From Camelus ferus (Eukaryota), in contig NC_045717.1 in assembly GCF_009834535.1 (NCBI RefSeq), positions 20,212,001 to 20,276,000 on the forward strand: a stretch of DNA of 64,000 bases, read 5' to 3'. A program made the position numbers and the translations under genes. This document shows, piece after piece, positions 57,671 to 64,000 of the stretch (position 1 is the first letter of the stretch; each line of letters opens with the position of its first letter). Below the pieces are notes generated by a model. The model was not told the origin of the DNA. It made no database searches and saw nothing but the letters and a program-made list of their open reading frames with translations.

Positions 57671-58252
57671 TGGCCTACAGTGCAGGAAAATATGGCCAGC
57701 TGTGGACCTGGGGTGAATGTTGTGATTCCGCAGACTCCTGGGCCCCAGGTTTGGGTAGGGGGGCGCTCCCTGTCCCTCAGTGTGTTTTTATTCATTAAAA
57801 CCTTATCCAGATTTGACCCAGTGTTTTGTGTTGTGGTGATTGCCATGGTTGGAAATAAGGAAGCAGGTGAAATTGTTCCTGGAACAAGGAATTGCTGGTG
57901 TCAGTGTGGAAATTATTTCATTTCTAGAGCATTTCTCTCATTTCTGCTATATGCTTTGGTTTTTCTGAATCATTCCAAGACTGAAATTGGTCACCATCAG
58001 ACTGTGGTGAGATCAATTTATTGTTTCAAAAGTCTTGTTAAATATATGGGAGAGGATTTGATCAGTCAGAATGCTTGAGTAGAAAGAGAAAGATTTGATA
58101 ACTAAGTCCTAGGGTAGCTAGTGGGAGAATAGAATCTTCTGAACTTCCTATGAGTAGATTCTCAGTTCCCTAGTGTTGTCAGCCTCACCCATCCTCCTGC
58201 ACACATTGGGGGATTTGGCACCTTTCTGAACCAAATATGTGGGATGTTTTAN

Positions 58253-58379
58253 NNNNNNNNNNNNNNNNNNNNNNNNNNNNNNNNNNNNNNNNNNNNNNNN
58301 NNNNNNNNNNNNNNNNNNNNNNNNNNNNNNNNNNNNNNNNNNNNNNNNNNNNNNNNNNNNNNNNNNNNNNNNNNNNNNN
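58253..58379 (+). CDS. ZNF699: ZNF699 KRAB-A exon, inferred under N-run 58252-58383
   Basis: The flank gatgtttta, 132 N and g-aatggc fit exactly g(acceptor) + 127-nt KRAB-A + gtaa(g). The exon bases themselves are not visible. Confidence 0.8.
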
Positions 58380-58869
58380 NNNNGAATGGCAACATTCCTT
58401 TATTGAGTTGTTTAGAAAACAGTTTTATCTTACTGATAGACCTTGTTCTAGGATTTGGGCTGAGAAACTGGAATAAATTGGTTAAAAAGACAGACATGGT
58501 CACTGACCCCAAGGAACTTACAGTCTAGTGGCTTCACCATGTAAACAAACATATACTCCTTTCTCTTTTTCTTGTGATTGAAAGCCTCAAGGCTTATTAA
58601 GTGTTGAAAGTGTGGGCATGCACTTCAGGGGTCACTTTAGGGAACAGGAAGAAAGTTGGTAGCTTGGGACCTTCTGAGAATTTTACTGCTCTTAATGCCC
58701 TTTACCCAAAGGTCACCAGTTAAACAAATTGGGTTTAATCACTTGGTGCAGTGAGGGAGAACACATGCCATGGAGAGCTACGGAGTGTCTCAGAAAGGGG
58801 ATGTTAGAGGATAAATATTACAGGTTTTGTACTTTGAGTGAGTAGGAGATGGATCTGTGGAGGCAGGCT

Positions 58870-59245
58870 CTATTGGTTTCCTAGGTCCTCTATAACAAAG
58901 TACCACAAACTGGGTGGCTAAGAACAGCAGAAACTTATTCTTTTAAATCTCTGAGGCTGAAAGTCTGAAATTAAAGTGTCATGATCCTTCTGAAGGCCCT
59001 GGGGGGAAAAAATCCCTCCTTATCTCTTCCTGGCTCTTGGTGGTTGCCAGCAATCCTTGGTTTACAGCTGCATTAATCTCTGCCTTCATCTTCATATGCC
59101 CTTCTTCCCTCGGTAAGTCTTTATGTCCTTTTAAGGACACCAGTCCTTGCATTTAGGGTCCACCCTAATCCAATATAACTTTATCTTAACTTGATTATGT
59201 CTGCAAAGACCCTATTTCCAAATAAAGTAACATTCAGAAGTTCCG
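58870..59245 (-). mobile_element. MLT1 MaLR LTR
   Basis: ataacaaagtaccacaaactgggtggct...ttttaaggacaccagtc...gcaaagaccctatttccaaataaagt. Confidence 0.82.
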
Positions 59246-59249
59246 AGCG

Positions 59250-60500
59250 GACATGGATCTTTTTTCTCCAGTATGCTTTATTTTTCTTAGAGCAGTTTAT
59301 AGGTTCACAGCAAAACTGAGTGGCAGGTATCCTCTTTGATGAGCTATCTATTAAAGTTTTTGGCCCATTTTTTAATTGAGTTGTTTGTTTACTTACTGTT
59401 GAGTTTTAATTCTGTGTGTGTCTGAAGATACTAGTTCTTTNNNNNNNNNNNNNNNNNNNNNNNNNNNNNNNNNNNNNNNNNNNNNNNNNNNNNNNNNNNN
59501 NNNNNNNNNNNNNNNNNNNNNNNNNNNNNNNNNNNNNNNNNNNNNNNNNNNNNNNNNNNNNNNNNNNNNNNNNNNTTTCATGTTGTTAACTTTTGACTTT
59601 AAAAATAAAATAGTTGAGGGGGAATGGTGGAGCTCATGCTTAGCATGCACAAGGTCCTGGGTTCAACCCCTAGTACCTCCATTAAAAAATAACATAATAT
59701 AGTTATTTTACAAACAAAAATGGTTTATGCATGAATAGCAGAGGAATTGCGATTTGGGAAGTCAAGCTATAACACAAGCCATAGGCAAGTCAAAAACAAA
59801 AAACAAAAAACAAAAAGCAACAGAAACATTATTTTATAGAGGAAGTTGGGAATGGTTGTTTTGGATGAAAATCCACTGGAGAAAAGTGAGAATTCAGGGT
59901 GATGATGGTTTCATATTGGTTGAGTTGATGGGGTAGTTGATTTCTTATGGGAGATGTAATGTACATCTTTTCCTATTAGGCCCTGTAATTGGTGATTCTT
60001 GTCGATGATTCTTTATTTGGGGTTTATAATTGACAGTTCTTCCTGTAATTGATATGTGGAACTGTGTGAAAGCACCTTCTTTCTGGCCTTGACTCCATTT
60101 TAGTGAAGTTTCTTTCCTTTTATTAACTTTCACATATCTAACAAGTTATTGCCAAACCCTAGGTTATCTGCATTTTTTCCTCTGTTATCTTCTAGGAGTT
60201 TTATAGTTTGATATTTTGCATTTAGATCTGTGATCTTTTTTGAGCTAATTTTTTACTCCCTTTGATGGGGCCCCCAAGTTGTCCCAAAGCCCTGGATGCC
60301 TCCTCCTGTATTTTGAGTTTATTTTTGCAAGAGCGTCAAGTTTCTTTTGTTATTGTTGCTGTTGTGTGTTTTTTTTTAATGTTTATATCTAATTTTAGCA
60401 CCACTTATTGAAAAGACTTTTTCCTCCATTATGTTGCCTTTGCACTTTTGTCAAAGATAAGTGAACTGTATCTATGGGGGTCTATTTCTGGACTCTCTAT
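59250..60500 (-). mobile_element. Old L1 fragments with N-run 59441-59575 and a short SINE at about 59616-59697
   Basis: ttggcccattttttaattgagttgtttg; tcttctaggagttttatagtt; tttgcacttttgtcaaagataagt. Confidence 0.7.
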
Positions 60501-61002
60501 TCTGTTCCATTGATCTATTTGGACATGAATTTTTGAGGGTCACTGTTCAACCCAGTCCACAGGTGGTCACATTGGATTGGATGCTGATGGAAAGCGAAGC
60601 ATGGGTAATCCTGTTACTGAGTATTTTGTGGGTGGCACAGTGACTTTTTTAGTCTGTGCTTATAAAGTAGCCTTATTTTGTTACATTTTATCATGATCTT
60701 AGAGTAACCGCATTGAAGTCTGGTGTTCTCAGATTACTTATGTTCAACAGAAGAACAAAATGTCCTGCCTGTGAATATTAGATCAGCTTCTAATAACAAT
60801 ATTGTGGTTTAAGTGTGAATGTCAGATCAGTTCTAGACATCAGAGCCCCCTCCCCTGTAAAAAAAAACAAAACGACATTTTGTTGCAATTAAACTCATAC
60901 TTGCTTTACAGTATTAGAAGACCAAGGTTTTTGCCCTGTCTCATGGAAATGTTCATGGCTCCTCATTGTTTTCCCTCATGATATACCTTTCTGCGTGAAC
61001 AG

Positions 61003-61101
61003 GGTATCCGCTACACACACCCTCTCTGATCTCCCAGTGGAAACAAGAGGAGGAACCAGTGACAGTGAAGAAAGGACCTACACAGGAGGAGCATCAGGAA
61101 G
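61003..61101 (+). CDS. ZNF699: ZNF699 KRAB-B exon
   Basis: acag|GGTATCCG...GAAG|gtaag, 99 nt: GYPLHTPSLISQWKQEEEPVTVKKGPTQEEHQE. Confidence 0.87.
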
Positions 61102-61501
61102 GTAAGAATCCTTGGAAGAAACTGATCTGGCTGAGGGATATTTCATTCGGAAAAATCAAATTAAAGCAAAATAAACTTTGTTTTGTCTGAGGAGGCTGAT
61201 AATCCACAGATACTATAGATGACTGTTTTGGCTTTTTATCAGTCCTCTCATCCTTCCCTTGTTCTTGGGAAAGACCATATTTCCTCTTTATAACTTAGTA
61301 TTTGGTCATGTGCATTTTATCCAGTTTCTTTTTGTTTTACTCTCTTAGTAATACCCTATTTATGTTACCATCAGCCTCGGTCTTCATGGAATTATTTTTT
61401 AGTTGCTTTGCCATTTTGACCGAGTGCTTATTACAGAAGTCCTGAACTAGCCACACTGCCAAAGTCCTTTGCTCATGGGTACCTTTACTTTTCTGTTTCA
61501 G

Positions 61502-61685
61502 GTTTTGAGACTCAACTTAAAACTAATGAATCAGTCACTCTGCAAGATACTTATGAAGAAAAAATAACCAGTGAACAGACTATAGAAGGATTCAAAAGGA
61601 ATGATTCCTGGTCATCCATCTTACACAAAAACTGGGAATACTCTGATACTGATTATCAGAACAAAAGCCATGAGACACATTTGAG
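61502..61685 (+). CDS. ZNF699: ZNF699 linker exon
   Basis: ttcag|GTTTTGAG...TTGAG|gtgag, 184 nt: GFETQLKTNES...FKRNDSW...DYQNKSHETHLR. Confidence 0.88.
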
Positions 61686-62029
61686 GTGAGTGCCATTCAT
61701 ATAGGAGAAATTAGTATCTCGGGAGAATCTTAAAATGTCATGAACTTTTAAAAATGCCTATAGAAAACTTGGTCAGAAATGGTGATTTCATAAAGAATTT
61801 TCATAAGATATTTTTGCCACAAATGAGATCTTCAGTGTCTGACTCGTAATTCATTTGTAATCAACTATCAGAAAAATCCCGTAAGTCAAAAACTCTGATA
61901 ATATTGGCCATGGTGGAGCCCTCTGTGAGAACTTTCAGCTTATAGTTGGATAGGGCAGAAAGCATATATAGTCACTGAAAATGGTAAGAATTTACTTATT
62001 ACTAATAATGTGCATTTTGTTTTTAAAAG

Positions 62030-63488
<1,459 letters not shown>

Positions 63489-64000
63489 AGTATGGAATAA
63501 GGGAATGTCTGCAAGGCTTTTTCAAATCTTAGGCAATGTGTGAGATCTCACACTGTGGAGACATCCTGTGAATGTAAGAAAATAGGAAATCATCACTCAT
63601 TTTTTTGAAGACTTGAGAACTCGCAACTGAGAGAAACCTTGTGTGTGTAAATCATGTGATAATGCCTCATGAGCATCACTTAGTGTGTGCGAGAAAATTC
63701 CTACTAGAAGCAAAGATCAGTGCCTCATCCTTAAAGTGGACTACTGCTGGCTCGCTGATTTCCAGTTTTAATCGTCTAATGTGAATATTTAAGGTGATAA
63801 ATTTACTCTAGTACCTTTTCAGCTCTAGCCATACATGTTTTATTATGAGGTGCTTTTATTTTGGTTCAGATACAAATGTTATTTCCATTACAGAGTTTTT
63901 TGGACCTATTGGGGATTTGAAGTGCATTTTTTTATATGCAGGCAAGAGGGTTTTTTTGTTTTTTGTTTTTTGTTTTTTAGTTTCTAATAAACTCTCATTG

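Overview
Mammalian genomic DNA, probably camelid judging from the tRNA-Ala-derived SINE family. It resembles the human 19p13.2 OR7/KRAB-ZNF cluster. From left to right it holds: (1) an intact family-7 olfactory receptor (+); (2) an RPLP1 retrocopy; (3) an orphan ZNF-type CpG promoter and exon 1 whose coding exons are missing (-); (4) a ZNF426/ZNF561-subfamily gene whose KRAB exons are intact but whose zinc-finger exon is destroyed, with a DUT retrocopy in intron 1 (-); (5) an apparently intact ZNF177 (-); (6) a ZNF559 pseudogene with a largely deleted KRAB-A exon (-); (7) an apparently intact ZNF699 (+). L1, SINE, LTR/ERV and DNA-transposon relics fill the gaps. The nine N-runs behave like exact-length masks rather than scaffold gaps. 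I found no clearly new biological system. The best leads are a possible NMD-escaping KRAB-only protein, a promoter surviving without its gene, and a dead ZNF559 whose promoter may still serve ZNF177. Ortholog names come from my recollection of the human proteins and need BLAST confirmation.
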